Assembly: GCA_016182385.1 (NCBI GenBank)
Contig: JACPGV010000007.1
Location: 12,147-76,146 of the forward strand
Direction: 5' to 3'
Source: Candidatus Moraniibacteriota bacterium
GTDB taxonomy: Bacteria; Patescibacteriota; Minisyncoccia; Moranbacterales; UBA1568
DNA length: 64,000 bases
The translations under genes and the position numbers were made by a program. The notes below the pieces were generated by a model, which saw only the letters and a program-made list of their open reading frames with translations, was not told where the DNA came from and searched no databases. Below, one piece after another: positions 28,832 to 39,722 of the stretch. Within the stretch, counting starts at the first letter, position 1. Each line of letters starts with the position of its first letter.

Positions 28832-30244
28832 CTATTTCTCCTCCCAAAGATCCATTTCATACTGTGTACCAGTCGGGAAATACGGTGGCGGACAATACAG
28901 AAGATTATTATCGTAATACAAATTACGTGTTTGATAACCAGTCCCATCCGTCCAAGCGAAACCATATCGTTCATTTGTAGCAATCGCTCCATAAATGGTG
29001 ATGGTACTCTTGGTAGAACCAGCGCCAGTATAATGCTGACGTCCCACACGTCCTTGTTGCGCCAAAAGCGCCGCGTCAATACGCAGATCGTCTTCGCTCC
29101 CCTTATAAATCTCCACGTTTTCTTGTCCAATAATACCGATGATATCAGTACAATCATAATGAGTGTAACGAACATCTTTTCCTATATACACACTTTTCAA
29201 TGATGCCGAGAGAAGATTCGCTGCCACGATAGTTACCCGTCTTCCGTCCACCGTTCCCTCAACCCACACATTATTTTCAACAAAAATCACTCCATCATTA
29301 GGAATCGGGTAATTCTGCCAACTTCCATAATAATTAGTAATTTGATTCGATGAACTACTTCCATTTCCACCATTAAAACTCTGCACTGTTCGGATATCAA
29401 AAGTATCATCACTCTTTAAAATAATATGCCGCCCCTGACGATTATTATCAAAATATAAACTCCCATTCACACCGGATTGCGCCTCACTTTTCATGTAATT
29501 CAAATCGCCTAACACTCCGTTGAAATCCGTGGTAGCCACTGGAAATACTCGTCCCGCCTCAAAAACATCTGTACGCGCGGGCACGGCCGCGGGTGGGAGT
29601 GGATCAGTCGGGCTATCATGCGTATGCACACCAAATTCATTTCCTCCCGTATGATCGGGGTCGTTAAAATCAGAAACCGAACTCGAAATAATATTGTGTG
29701 CCACGCCATCAAAACGAATGCCATAATTAGAATGAATTGGACCGAATGTTTCCGTTCCCGCGCCAAAACGAAGGAAGTCATTGGCTAAAACAATATTTTC
29801 ACTCCATGATGGACGGCGAAAACGCACCTCAAGAGTACGTGTTTCATTGGGATACCGATAAGTCCATCCCGTAGATTTCACGATAACACTTGTCGAGCCG
29901 GAATCAGGTGGCGTCACTTCCAAACGATATTTCCCAATAGCCGAACCGGAAGGATCATTGTATTCCACTTCATACGGCGTTCCCACGCCATACGGACTCC
30001 CCGTTTCCCAAAAATCACTGATCTGCTGAGTCGTTCTCCCTTCTACTTGATGCGCCAAATACCACCGATAAAAATGAATGCCCGACTCGGCAATTTGAAA
30101 AGCCTGTTCGCGACCATGCGTACGCAAAGAATACGTCGTTTGAGAAGATATAAAACCTAAAATAGCCGTCAAAATGACGGAAACGGTCGCCATCATTACA
30201 AGACCATACGCCACCATCGATCCCTTTTGTTTTTTCTTCATCAT
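28832..30244 (-). CDS. pilus-associated protein with a PilX-like N-terminus
   Basis: N-terminal hydrophobic anchor MVAYGLVMMATVSVILTAILGFISS and a large extracellular domain. Confidence 0.45.
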   Translation of the reverse strand: MMKKKQKGSMVAYGLVMMATVSVILTAILGFISSQTTYSLRTHGREQAFQIAESGIHFYRWYLAHQVEGRTTQQISDFWETGSPYGVGTPYEVEYNDPSGSAIGKYRLEVTPPDSGSTSVIVKSTGWTYRYPNETRTLEVRFRRPSWSENIVLANDFLRFGAGTETFGPIHSNYGIRFDGVAHNIISSSVSDFNDPDHTGGNEFGVHTHDSPTDPLPPAAVPARTDVFEAGRVFPVATTDFNGVLGDLNYMKSEAQSGVNGSLYFDNNRQGRHIILKSDDTFDIRTVQSFNGGNGSSSSNQITNYYGSWQNYPIPNDGVIFVENNVWVEGTVDGRRVTIVAANLLSASLKSVYIGKDVRYTHYDCTDIIGIIGQENVEIYKGSEDDLRIDAALLAQQGRVGRQHYTGAGSTKSTITIYGAIATNERYGFAWTDGTGYQTRNLYYDNNLLYCPPPYFPTGTQYEMDLWEEK

Positions 30245-30864
30245 AAAATTTCCAAATTACGTAGATCGGCAAACGATTCGATATTGATATTGTTCGGCGC
30301 GTGCACCGGGTCGATATTTACCAAAAGATGCACTCTTATCAAACGAACACTCTCCACGGCAACTGGCGTCGCGAGTGGGTTGTTTACCGTATCACCGGGA
30401 TAATTTTCATTATAAAAATAAAATACCGGGTCACTGTTTTCATTGACGATAAAATTGGCAAGTACCGTCACCGTATCATCAGAGGCAGGGTACGAAACAG
30501 GACTGGCACCTGTCGGATTGGTAACACCCATCTTAAACTGGTCGTTTGCCAAATCAAGAAAATAATGCACGCGCTCCACCACGCCATCATCATCAATATC
30601 GATATACACTTTCAAATCAAAGTCATCGCCCGATTCAACAGGAAAATCTCCATTATCCGCTTGTCGCACGCTTCGTAAAGTAGCAACAACATCATTTGTT
30701 GCCCGAGATGCGATACTCGAGGCCATTCCTTCCTCCAAGATAAACTTGTTATTATCCCAACTTCTCAAAAAAAGAAGTGTGAAACCTTCCATCGCAATGA
30801 GTGAAATACCCACCGCGATCAACATCTCCATAAGACTCATCCCTTTTCGTGTTCTAGTAATCAT
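30241..30864 (-). CDS. type IV pilin-like protein (minor pilin or pseudopilin)
   Basis: Class III signal peptide RKG|MSLMEMLIAVGI with Glu at +5. Confidence 0.65.
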   Translation of the reverse strand: MITRTRKGMSLMEMLIAVGISLIAMEGFTLLFLRSWDNNKFILEEGMASSIASRATNDVVATLRSVRQADNGDFPVESGDDFDLKVYIDIDDDGVVERVHYFLDLANDQFKMGVTNPTGASPVSYPASDDTVTVLANFIVNENSDPVFYFYNENYPGDTVNNPLATPVAVESVRLIRVHLLVNIDPVHAPNNINIESFADLRNLEIL

Positions 30865-30874
30865 AGGACAAAAA

Positions 30875-32248
30875 TCAACTGGGGTTTAACGCTACTGCTT
30901 CTTCAACCAAGCCACCTCCGATACCAATGGTAGAACTATCGGACTGAAATCCCGTCGCACTCACCTCAAGATCGTACGATCCTGCCACCAAAGCCGGTAA
31001 TGACTCAGGAAAATAGACGTACCCAAAAACATCTGTCGTCAACGTAACATCATACCCGGAAACACTCTCAACAAGATGTACCGTCGCCCCTTGTATCGGC
31101 GTACTGTCGGACTGATTAGTCACTTTGACCCAAAGAGAGTTCACGGCGTCATCAAGCATCACAAGAGAAATATTTTTATCTACTCCCGGAGAAACATCAA
31201 AGCCATCAACGGTTGTGCCGTCCGGAGTAATTTTATAAAAAGTATATCCTGCTTTCGTTACACCGCTTACCGTATACATTCCATAACTCTGATCAGAAAA
31301 ACTTTCTTCTCCGGAACCATCCGTCGTCGTCGTTTGTGAAAAACCATACACGGAAGTCGCTGGACTCACAGTAAGATCCGATCCGAGCACTCTTCCACCA
31401 GAAATGGTAAAAGCGACATCGGAAACAGCGGTACCAAAAGGATCTTCACTTTCTACGTTCATACTCGCGTCCTGATCAATAACCATCGTTACCTGATTCA
31501 AAACATCGGCTACCACGGAAGCGTGCGCGTCCACCGGACTGAAAGAAGCGCTGGGAGCATACGTGATAGCGCCATAATATCCTCCCTTAGAAACCGTCAA
31601 TTCATAACTCTGTGTTCCTGCCGGCGTTCCCGGAAGCATAATATTACCGGTCGAATCCGTTGATGTCGTCACATCAACCCCTGTAGAAGAATTTTCAATA
31701 TGGACCGTTGCTCCCGAAACACCGGAACCGGTAGCATCAATAATGTTGATCGAAAAAACACCTCCCCCCGCCGATGTTTCCACACCATTTGGAGAAAAAT
31801 TCGCAAAAACGGCTATTGATTGATCATCACCACCGCTCCCCCAAGACACCGTCAAACGAACACGCTTATAATCATTAGGAACGGTATCATTCGGGCTTCC
31901 GGACAAAACACCATCAAAAGAATCATCAACATACTGCACGAATGTATGGATATTGTACTGCGACGCATTGACTGATACCGCTTCATCTTCAAGAATATCT
32001 CCCGCTGGTATACCATACACCCACGCGGTCCCATTCCAACGTTTTGTGCCGATGGAATCATATTCGATACTTCTAATAATTTCCATTTTTTGATTGGCGA
32101 GCGCCGTCGCGCCAAGTCGGTTTTTTGACTCAATAATCATCCTTGAACCGGTAATGTACACTTCCAAAAAAGTGAATGAAACAACGGCAAACAGAAAAAG
32201 AAACGTCAAAGCCTCTATCAAAACTATTCCTTTCAGTGTTTTTCGCAT
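30875..32248 (-). CDS. large pilin-like protein with repeated CarboxypepD_reg-like (Ig-like) domains
   Basis: Prepilin-type N-terminus LKG|IVLIEAL. The pattern GATVHxxxSxxGxDVTxTTDxxG occurs twice. Confidence 0.55.
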   Translation of the reverse strand: MRKTLKGIVLIEALTFLFLFAVVSFTFLEVYITGSRMIIESKNRLGATALANQKMEIIRSIEYDSIGTKRWNGTAWVYGIPAGDILEDEAVSVNASQYNIHTFVQYVDDSFDGVLSGSPNDTVPNDYKRVRLTVSWGSGGDDQSIAVFANFSPNGVETSAGGGVFSINIIDATGSGVSGATVHIENSSTGVDVTTSTDSTGNIMLPGTPAGTQSYELTVSKGGYYGAITYAPSASFSPVDAHASVVADVLNQVTMVIDQDASMNVESEDPFGTAVSDVAFTISGGRVLGSDLTVSPATSVYGFSQTTTTDGSGEESFSDQSYGMYTVSGVTKAGYTFYKITPDGTTVDGFDVSPGVDKNISLVMLDDAVNSLWVKVTNQSDSTPIQGATVHLVESVSGYDVTLTTDVFGYVYFPESLPALVAGSYDLEVSATGFQSDSSTIGIGGGLVEEAVALNPS

Positions 32249-32270
32249 CCTCCTTATGCTTGCCATAAAA

Positions 32271-33491
32271 TTATTTGATATTTTCCAATACACTATACAT
32301 CGGCTGGAGCATCGCTACGGCAAAAAATCCGACCGATCCTCCGATAAGAAGCATAAGAATCGGTTCAATGATAGAAGACATGTTTTTGGTGATCTGTGAA
32401 ACTTCTTCTTCGTAAAACTCAGCCAAACGCTGAAGTACTGTTTCTGTTTTTCCCGTTTCCTCTCCCACTTCGAGAATCTGTGGCACGAGTATGGGAAAAA
32501 TGCGAGGATATTTGGAAATAATTTTACTGAGCTCGACACCTTTTTGGATTTCCGCCATAGCATCAGCGAGAGCGTCTTTGTAATACACGTTACTCAGTGT
32601 TTTGGAGACGATTGTCAAAGCGCTAATGACGGAAATACCACTTTTCAAAAGTGAACTATAAATACGAGCAAAACGGGCGCAATTTACTTTAACAACGATA
32701 TTACCAATGATAGGCATATAAATAAACAATAAACCAAAAAAACGCTTGCCAAAAGCCGTGCCGGAAAATATCTTGATCCCAAAGAGAAATCCCACGACAA
32801 CCAATACGCTTATGATGGCATGATTACGAAGAAAATCACTCAAGGCGATAATAAAAAGAGTTGTGGCCGGCAACTGCACCCCCATTTCACCGAAAACACC
32901 GGTGATTTTTGGTAAAATATATGTCAACATCAAAATAGCGATAGCTACCATTGCCAACAAAATCACTGCCGGATAAATAAGCGCGCCACGCACCTTGGAA
33001 AGAAGATCGTGTTCCTTTTCCAATTGAAGCGCCAAAATATCGAGCACTTCTTCAAGATTGCCGCTTACTTCGCCAACACTCACCATATTCACAAAGAGCT
33101 CGCTGAAAACCGATGGGTACTTGGCCAGTCCTTCAGAAAGAGTCTTGCCAGCCTGCACATCGTCATAAACACTGAGAAGAATCTTGTTAAATCGTTTATT
33201 TTTTGTCTGGAAACTGAGATTATGAACGGCTCGCGATACGGTAAGGCCAGACGACACCATAACCGAAAGGTTGCGCGTAAAAATCATTTTTTCCTTAAGC
33301 GGGACTGTGGCAAAACGATCAAAAAATTTGATATCAAGAGATGATGCCGCTTCCAATTCGCGATGTGATGTAAGCAACAACCCCTGCGCCCGCAAATCTT
33401 GCGCCAGTGTTTTCTCGTCTTTTGCTTCCATCTCACCGCCGGATGTTTCTCCGGTAGAGATATTTTTTGCCGTATACAAAAACTTCGGCAT
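32271..33491 (-). CDS. pilC: type IV pilus inner-membrane platform protein (GspF family)
   Basis: Duplicated GspF domains. Start placed at MPKFLYTAKNISTGE. Confidence 0.9.
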   Translation of the reverse strand: MPKFLYTAKNISTGETSGGEMEAKDEKTLAQDLRAQGLLLTSHRELEAASSLDIKFFDRFATVPLKEKMIFTRNLSVMVSSGLTVSRAVHNLSFQTKNKRFNKILLSVYDDVQAGKTLSEGLAKYPSVFSELFVNMVSVGEVSGNLEEVLDILALQLEKEHDLLSKVRGALIYPAVILLAMVAIAILMLTYILPKITGVFGEMGVQLPATTLFIIALSDFLRNHAIISVLVVVGFLFGIKIFSGTAFGKRFFGLLFIYMPIIGNIVVKVNCARFARIYSSLLKSGISVISALTIVSKTLSNVYYKDALADAMAEIQKGVELSKIISKYPRIFPILVPQILEVGEETGKTETVLQRLAEFYEEEVSQITKNMSSIIEPILMLLIGGSVGFFAVAMLQPMYSVLENIK

Positions 33492-33604
33492 AGCCAAAAT
33501 GTATTTTGGTTTTATACTCTTATAATAACACAAAACGCATTTTTCGTCTTTCTTGTTTTGATGAACCTCTTCTTCAGCGCCAAGCAAAAATCTCCTTGGC
33601 TCAC

Positions 33605-33625
33605 AAAACCAACGGCCGTGGTTTT
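33605..33625. repeat. palindromic motif AAAACCAACGGCCGTGGTTTT (copy 1)
   Basis: Near-identical to the perfect palindrome at 51779-51810. Both are intergenic and flanked by A and T runs. Confidence 0.5.
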
Positions 33626-33744
33626 TGGGAGCGAACACTGATTTATACTCTTTAACAAGAGAACATAACGAAAGAAGGTTTTGAAAAAATTATTTTCCCT
33701 GATTTTTTACTATATCACGAATATCTTCCACTCTCTCAAAGGGT

Positions 33745-34674
33745 TCAAATGCTGAGACGGGACTTAAATTTTTCAAATACTTTCGGTCCGCGAGGACAGG
33801 GTAAAAAAATCAGTGCGCGATCATTCGCCTCAATCAAGCTTCCCGAAAGATGCGTTTTGGGGTTACGTTCTATTTTCCGTTTCTGCCAGGAAGCAAGCCA
33901 TTGTTCTTTATCCACATTGTTACACATTCGCTCCAATATCGATTGTATCCGCCGAAAAACACTTGAATCCGCAAGTGTCCAAAAACTCGGCACCAGAGAC
34001 AATTCGAAATTCGGTCGAAACTCCCGAATCCAGAAATTTTTTAATTCAAACTTCTGAAATAAGCCTTGGTTCATCAAAGGGATAAAAAACCGGTATTCAT
34101 GAGCGGAAAAAAAATCCTTCGTGCCAATTTCCAGGTTATTCTCCGTTACAAAATAATTAAGACACACCCGATCCTTTATTTTTTTTCCATGTCGACGTTT
34201 ACCAAGAACATGCAAAAATCCGGTAAGAAGCGTCCGCCCGGTCCAAATCCTACCACTTCGTAAAACAACAAACATATCCCAATCACTTCCCTGATCACCG
34301 TTCTTCATCGCAAGGCTTCCCGTGGCTCCGATCATCCTCACATAAGGCACCATACGTAATATTTTTACTAGAAAATGCATCCGCTTCAATTTGGAAACGG
34401 ACGTTTTTTCCGCCTGAATGCGTGCCGCCACCAAAAAACCGCGTCCCCGCAAAAAATAAAACCCATTGTACGTATCTATTCGAGATACTAACTGTTCCGA
34501 AGTAAGCATGGCAGATACCGCGCCGAGCGTACACGGCTGATCACACAAACGATGTGCCGGCGACCACGACATCAAATGCTTCCATATTTCAAATGCGGTC
34601 AACGGAAAACCCAGAACGTCGTAATACGTAATGGTGGCAAGGATATTTTTTCCCAACTGGTAGGACCCGTGCAT
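33745..34674 (-). CDS. hypothetical protein with a Pol-beta-like nucleotidyltransferase motif
   Basis: IGATGSLAMKNGDQGSDWDMFVV fits the GS-X10-DxD pattern. Confidence 0.35.
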   Translation of the reverse strand: MHGSYQLGKNILATITYYDVLGFPLTAFEIWKHLMSWSPAHRLCDQPCTLGAVSAMLTSEQLVSRIDTYNGFYFLRGRGFLVAARIQAEKTSVSKLKRMHFLVKILRMVPYVRMIGATGSLAMKNGDQGSDWDMFVVLRSGRIWTGRTLLTGFLHVLGKRRHGKKIKDRVCLNYFVTENNLEIGTKDFFSAHEYRFFIPLMNQGLFQKFELKNFWIREFRPNFELSLVPSFWTLADSSVFRRIQSILERMCNNVDKEQWLASWQKRKIERNPKTHLSGSLIEANDRALIFLPCPRGPKVFEKFKSRLSI

Positions 34675-34710
34675 CGCGTTTATTCTCTTTTCACTGCTAA
34701 AATCTTATTT

Positions 34711-37524
34711 TTACAGGTATTTTGCCGTAAAACTTTTCTTGCATGTTTTCAGTTTCTCCGGATGTCCAGAAAAAATCATCTCCCCGCCACTTTCGCCACC
34801 ATCTGGTCCAAGTTCCAATACCCAATCCGCCGCGCGAATAACATCAATGTTGTGTTCTACCACAAGCACGCTGTTTCCTTTATCAACAAGCGCTTCCAAA
34901 ACTTCCAAAAGTCGACGTACATCCTCAAAATGCAATCCGATCGTCGGTTCATCAAGAATATACAGCGTCTTACCGGTCGACTTCCGCGCCAATTCGGTTG
35001 CCAATTTGATACGTTGAGCCTCACCGCCGGAAAGATTGGTTGCCGATTGTCCAAGCACCAAATATCCGAGACCTACCTCATCCAATACGCGAAGTTTCTC
35101 CTCAATCATCGGCTGATCGAGAAAAAACGATCGCGCTTCTGTAACTGTCATTCGGAGCACTTGAGCAATATTCGTTCCACGATATTCAATAGAAAGTGTT
35201 TTTTGATTATAACGCGTTCCCTGACACACTTCACACGGCACATAAACATCAGGCAAAAGATACATTTCTATTTTTTTCAAGCCCCCACCCTGACAAGCCT
35301 CGCACCGACCACCACGCATATTGAAACTGAAATGACTGGCAGAGTATTTTTCTCGTTCCGCTTCTCCTGTCGCCGCAAACAAATCACGGATAAGGCTAAA
35401 AACTCCCGTATAGGTCGCCGCATTAGAACGCGGTGTACGGCCGATCGGGTCTTGATTGACGGAAATAACTTTATCGATATTTCCTAGTCCTTCAATTTTC
35501 TTATATTTCCCCGGCTCCGCCTTGGCATGATAGAAATGTTTGGCAAGCGCACGCGACAAAATATCATGAACGAGACTTGATTTTCCCGATCCAGAAACAC
35601 CAGAAACCGCCACCAACATACCAAGCGGAATTTTCACGTCTATATTTTTCAAATTATGCTCTTTTGCTCCATAGATAGTGATGGCTTCTTTCCCTAACGC
35701 GCGCGCCTTCTTTTTTTCGGACACTTTGCGCTTACCAGAAAGGTATTGTCCCGTAAGCAGAGTAGAGCGCAACAATTTGTCCGGCGTACCAGAAAAAATA
35801 ATTTCACCGCCCTCGCTCCCCGCTCCCGGGCCAAGATCGATAATATAATCCGCCCGTCGCATAATGGCAACATCATGCTCGACAATAACCAGCGAGTTAT
35901 TAGCAGCACGCAAATCCTCCAACGCGTGAATAAGTTTTTCCGTATCACGACTATGAAGGCCCACCGACGGCTCATCAAGAACATAAATAATACCCGACAA
36001 ACCAGACTTCATCTGTACCGACAAACGAATACGTTGAGCCTCGCCACCAGAAAGCGTGTCAGCACTGCGAGAAAGTTCCAAATATCCCAAACCCACTTTT
36101 TCCACGGCGCGCATCCGTGTCTCCATCTCACGAAATAAGGGGTCAACCATGTCCTTTTCCCCTTCTTTCAAAAGTTTTTCTTTCAAAGGTTTCAACGCGA
36201 TAAGAAATTTTTCCACACTCAACGAAACCACTTCATGAAGTGATACGCCGTTTACCAATACCGCGAGAGAAGATTTTTTTAATCGCTTCCCCTCGCAGGC
36301 AGGACAAAGTTTCGTCAGCATATAGGCCTCAATCTCCGCCCGCAGATGATCAGATTTTGTCTCACGATATTTCCGTTCAAGTAAACTGATAACACCAGGA
36401 AAAGCATCCTCTCTCTTCTCTTCTTCACCAAACACGATTGAACGATACTGTTTTGACGATAATTTTTTTATGGGAACATCAAGAGAAAATCTCTGTCGAC
36501 GACTCAAATCACGCAGCCACTGCATCGGACCATGACTGGCTTGTCGGTCGCTATTCATTTTACTCCACGGTCGAATGGCCCCCTCGGCGATTGAAAGGTT
36601 TTTATTCGGAATGATAAGTTCCGGATCAAATTCAAGCGTCACGCCAAGACCGGCACATTTCTCACACGCGCCTTCAGGGCTATTGAAAGAAAAATGACTC
36701 GGCGTAAGCTCGGGAACACCAAGACCACACTCCTCACATCGATATTCTTCATTATAGACGCGTTCTTCCCCGCTTCCATTCACGCGCAAAAAAAGCGTAC
36801 CGCTTCCGACACGAAAAGCCGTTTGCAAAGAATCAATAATGCGCTCCTTATCCGGTCGCGCCAAATCAATAGTCAAACGATCAACGATAACCCCGATATT
36901 GGAAATCTCCGTAGCGGATGCACGTGCCAAAGCTTCAGCCAAAGGAAGAACCTCTCCGTGAAACAAAACACGCACATATCCCCACGCATTCACCAAAGAA
37001 AGTGCTTCCCGTTCAGTTTTTTCTTCCAACGTTTTGCTGTAAGCCAAAAAAATAAGCGGCGTGTTATCAGGAAACGTCAAAAGTTCCTCCAAAATCGCGC
37101 GCACACTTTTTCGTTTGAGCGGTTTGGCGCAAGTAGGACAATGCGGATGTCCCATCTTGGCATACAGAATACGCAAATAATCATACACTTCTGTCATTGT
37201 TCCAACGGTCGAACGCGGGCTTTTGGAAACACTTTTTTGATCAATGGAAATAGCCGGGGAAAGATTATGAATAGCGTCAACTTCCGGCTTCTCAAAACCA
37301 TCAAGAAAATTCCGCGCATACGAAGAAAGCGACTCGACGTATCGTCGATTCGCCTCCGCAAACAATGTATCAAAGGCCAGTGAAGATTTTCCCGATCCGG
37401 AAAGACCCGTCACGACAACGAGCGAATCACGCGGAATATCAACATCCACGTTTTTCAAATTATTCACTCGTGCACCTCTAATTTCAATCACTGATTTTTT
37501 GCCTGGCATAGGGCCACCGCTCAT
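34711..37524 (-). CDS. uvrA: excinuclease ABC subunit A
   Basis: 937 aa. Tandem ABC ATPase modules, LSGGE and Walker motifs, zinc modules. Confidence 0.95.
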   Translation of the reverse strand: MSGGPMPGKKSVIEIRGARVNNLKNVDVDIPRDSLVVVTGLSGSGKSSLAFDTLFAEANRRYVESLSSYARNFLDGFEKPEVDAIHNLSPAISIDQKSVSKSPRSTVGTMTEVYDYLRILYAKMGHPHCPTCAKPLKRKSVRAILEELLTFPDNTPLIFLAYSKTLEEKTEREALSLVNAWGYVRVLFHGEVLPLAEALARASATEISNIGVIVDRLTIDLARPDKERIIDSLQTAFRVGSGTLFLRVNGSGEERVYNEEYRCEECGLGVPELTPSHFSFNSPEGACEKCAGLGVTLEFDPELIIPNKNLSIAEGAIRPWSKMNSDRQASHGPMQWLRDLSRRQRFSLDVPIKKLSSKQYRSIVFGEEEKREDAFPGVISLLERKYRETKSDHLRAEIEAYMLTKLCPACEGKRLKKSSLAVLVNGVSLHEVVSLSVEKFLIALKPLKEKLLKEGEKDMVDPLFREMETRMRAVEKVGLGYLELSRSADTLSGGEAQRIRLSVQMKSGLSGIIYVLDEPSVGLHSRDTEKLIHALEDLRAANNSLVIVEHDVAIMRRADYIIDLGPGAGSEGGEIIFSGTPDKLLRSTLLTGQYLSGKRKVSEKKKARALGKEAITIYGAKEHNLKNIDVKIPLGMLVAVSGVSGSGKSSLVHDILSRALAKHFYHAKAEPGKYKKIEGLGNIDKVISVNQDPIGRTPRSNAATYTGVFSLIRDLFAATGEAEREKYSASHFSFNMRGGRCEACQGGGLKKIEMYLLPDVYVPCEVCQGTRYNQKTLSIEYRGTNIAQVLRMTVTEARSFFLDQPMIEEKLRVLDEVGLGYLVLGQSATNLSGGEAQRIKLATELARKSTGKTLYILDEPTIGLHFEDVRRLLEVLEALVDKGNSVLVVEHNIDVIRAADWVLELGPDGGESGGEMIFSGHPEKLKTCKKSFTAKYL

Positions 37525-37584
37525 TCCTACAAAAAGATACGATTGCTTTCCAGCATACTCTCTTTTTCACGTGCTGTAAAGCCG

Positions 37585-38844
37585 TCACCTCGCCGTCAAA
37601 AATTCCTTGTCCCGACGATGACGATGATACGCGATAGCAAAACGATGCGCCTCGCTATTCGCAAGCATGATACTTTCACGGAAATGAGCAAGTTCAACCG
37701 GAAGACCAATAATATCTTTTGGCCGATGATGTTTATCCTTCACGACACCAACCAAAAGAGGAAGCGTCCCACTTTGTGAAAATAATTTTTCCGCTACCTG
37801 ACGTTGCAACCACGCGCCGTCCGTCACCACGATATCAGGCATCCGCCATCGCGTATGTGTCAATCTCCGCCGGACAATTTCTTCCAACGCGGACAAATCA
37901 TTTCCCCGATGATTTTCCCGCAAACGAAACTTTCTGTATTCCTCCTTATTCTCTTTGCCGTTCTCAACGACTGTCATGACCCCAACGCTCGCCTCTCCTT
38001 GCAAGTGTGCCACATCAAAAGCCTCAATACGCACTCCCCAGCGTTTCTCCTCTGTCACCTCTTGATCCTGTCCTTTTATGAGAGCCACGTCCTGAATGTG
38101 TTCCAAAGCAAATACCGTTTTCTTTATCTCTCCCGCTCGTTCAAAATCAAGCTTCTTGGCCGCTTCTCGCATTTCACGTTGCAATTTTTTTATGATAGCT
38201 ATTTTATGTCCTTCAAAAAACAAACGAATATGAGTCACCGTTTGCCCATAGTCGCGCGCGGATACTTCTCCCACGCACACCCCAGGGCAAAGTCCGATCT
38301 GCGCGGAAAAACATTTTTTCGAATTCGGAACACACTTATCACGATACGGGAAAATCTTACGAATGATTTTCATTGCCTCGCGAAGCTGCGTCCCATGCGG
38401 AAATGGTCCAAAAATATATTTGACCGGATCGGTAAATTTTTTCTGTTCGATATCCCGACCACGAACAATAAGTATTCGCGGGAATTTTTCCTTAGTAATG
38501 ATTACATGATTATAGCTTTTGTCATCTTTGGCATCAGTATTATAAGGTGGTTGATATTTTTTGATGAGGCTGGTTTCGAGAATGAGCGCTTCAATGACCG
38601 AATCGGTTTCATGATAGCCGATGGCTCGCACACCCTCAAGCATCCGTGCGATTTTCGGCCCACGTGTTTCCATGATATCGGCTGAAAAATAACTTCTCAC
38701 CCGATCACGCAACACTGTTGCTTTACCGATATAGAGCACTTCTTGTTTCGCTCCCAAGAAAAAATACACTCCCGGAGTTTCCGGTAATGTGTTTTTCTTA
38801 CGAAACGTCGCCAATAATATTTTCTTTTTCCAAGGAAAAGACAT
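37585..38844 (-). CDS. uvrC: excinuclease ABC subunit C; lacks the C-terminal (HhH)2 domain
   Basis: GIY-YIG domain (GVYFF...YIGKA), UvrBC-interaction region and RNase H-like domain (IEAFDVAHLQG). Start placed at MSFPWKKK. Confidence 0.85.
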   Translation of the reverse strand: MSFPWKKKILLATFRKKNTLPETPGVYFFLGAKQEVLYIGKATVLRDRVRSYFSADIMETRGPKIARMLEGVRAIGYHETDSVIEALILETSLIKKYQPPYNTDAKDDKSYNHVIITKEKFPRILIVRGRDIEQKKFTDPVKYIFGPFPHGTQLREAMKIIRKIFPYRDKCVPNSKKCFSAQIGLCPGVCVGEVSARDYGQTVTHIRLFFEGHKIAIIKKLQREMREAAKKLDFERAGEIKKTVFALEHIQDVALIKGQDQEVTEEKRWGVRIEAFDVAHLQGEASVGVMTVVENGKENKEEYRKFRLRENHRGNDLSALEEIVRRRLTHTRWRMPDIVVTDGAWLQRQVAEKLFSQSGTLPLLVGVVKDKHHRPKDIIGLPVELAHFRESIMLANSEAHRFAIAYHRHRRDKEFLTAR

Positions 38845-38896
38845 AAGTAAAAACATTGAAACACTTCCCCAATAGAAAAGCAACTTTTGGCTCTCC

Positions 38897-38930
38897 TGTT
38901 GACTTTTTTTCATTTTGGATGTACAATATA
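38897..38930 (+). promoter_or_regulatory. promoter TTGACT-18-TACAAT
   Basis: Near-consensus hexamers upstream of the 38956 ORF, with a GAGGAG Shine-Dalgarno. Confidence 0.45.
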
Positions 38931-38955
38931 AGAAGTTCATTTTGAGGAGACTCAA

Positions 38956-39213
38956 ATGGAAGTTTCCGATATCTCCAAGCACGTTTTTTCACGCATGGGG
39001 GTACCAAGAAGTTTCTCCCTGGAAGCTTTTCAAAAAGCCTTCAGGGAAGAATTAAGAGCGAGGGGGCTTGGAAAAGACCTTGCTCAATATCGGTACCTTT
39101 TCGGACAAGTGGTCCGAAAGGTAAAGGGGTTTGTAAAAAAACCCCCAAAGAACCTTCCCGAGATACGGAAGGTACCCGATTTCAAAAGGTTAGCCGCTAA
39201 CGACTGCGACTAA
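38956..39213 (+). CDS. small basic ORF (85 aa), or the 5' part of a structured RNA
   Basis: Good promoter and SD, but the coding region is packed with strong hairpins. No family recognised. Confidence 0.3.
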   Translation: MEVSDISKHVFSRMGVPRSFSLEAFQKAFREELRARGLGKDLAQYRYLFGQVVRKVKGFVKKPPKNLPEIRKVPDFKRLAANDCD

Positions 39214-39353
39214 CCAAAACACAAATCCCCGGCCCAAAGGCCTTTCCGGTTTTTCTCCTGTCGTCGGAAACGCCTTATCCCCTGTGGCAGTTCCCCTGCT
39301 GTCGGGCCGGGTCTTCGATGCTAGTGCGCAATGCGTGCTGGCATCTTTTTTTA
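39214..39353 (+). ncRNA. candidate structured RNA segment or 3' UTR
   Basis: GC-rich. The long-range pairing ccccggccc / gggccggg encloses nested hairpins, and the terminator follows directly. Confidence 0.25.
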
Positions 39354-39380
39354 TAAAAAAAGAAGAACGATAGATATCGT
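39354..39380 (+). terminator. intrinsic terminator
   Basis: agaacgata-gat-atcgttct hairpin followed by a T-run. Confidence 0.55.
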
Positions 39381-39389
39381 TCTTTTTCT

Positions 39390-39722
39390 TCAAGTAAGCG
39401 TGAGAGGAGTCAAGACACCTCTTGATTCCGCTCGTCGCAAGAAGAAGCGGCACTCGAAAGTTTTTCCAAAGCGTTTCCGTACTTCCTGCATATACCGCAC
39501 CAACTCAAATGGAGCAATAAAAACGTTTCGTTCCTGTCCATGACGATCATACGCTGTTATTCCTCCTTTTTTCCCGAGCTGTCGTTCCATGAAACGCCTT
39601 GCTTCCAACGTGCACGGCTCAATAAAAAGCGTATATGATGATTGCGGTACCACTGTAGTTTTATTTCGAGGGAAAAATGGAATAACGTTCATTCTTTTCT
39701 CCTTCCTTTTTCTCTTCATCAA
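39390..39722 (-). CDS. hypothetical protein
   Basis: ORF only. No motif recognised. Confidence 0.3.
   Translation of the reverse strand: MMKRKRKEKRMNVIPFFPRNKTTVVPQSSYTLFIEPCTLEARRFMERQLGKKGGITAYDRHGQERNVFIAPFELVRYMQEVRKRFGKTFECRFFLRRAESRGVLTPLTLT

Noticed and set aside
34552-35487. 311-aa plus-strand ORF, and similar ORFs at 36694-37383 and 37804-38685
   Set aside because: All are antisense shadows inside uvrA and uvrC. They are Cys- and Arg-rich with no motifs.
38950-39350. tmRNA hypothesis for the structured region
   Set aside because: The ORF ends ...AANDCD-stop, but the position of the tag frame is wrong. No tRNA-like T-arm or acceptor pairing was found by eye.
39190-39453. 87-aa minus-strand ORF
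   Set aside because: It lies on top of the GC-rich structured segment and terminator. It has no Shine-Dalgarno and looks like an artefact of the GC-rich sequence.
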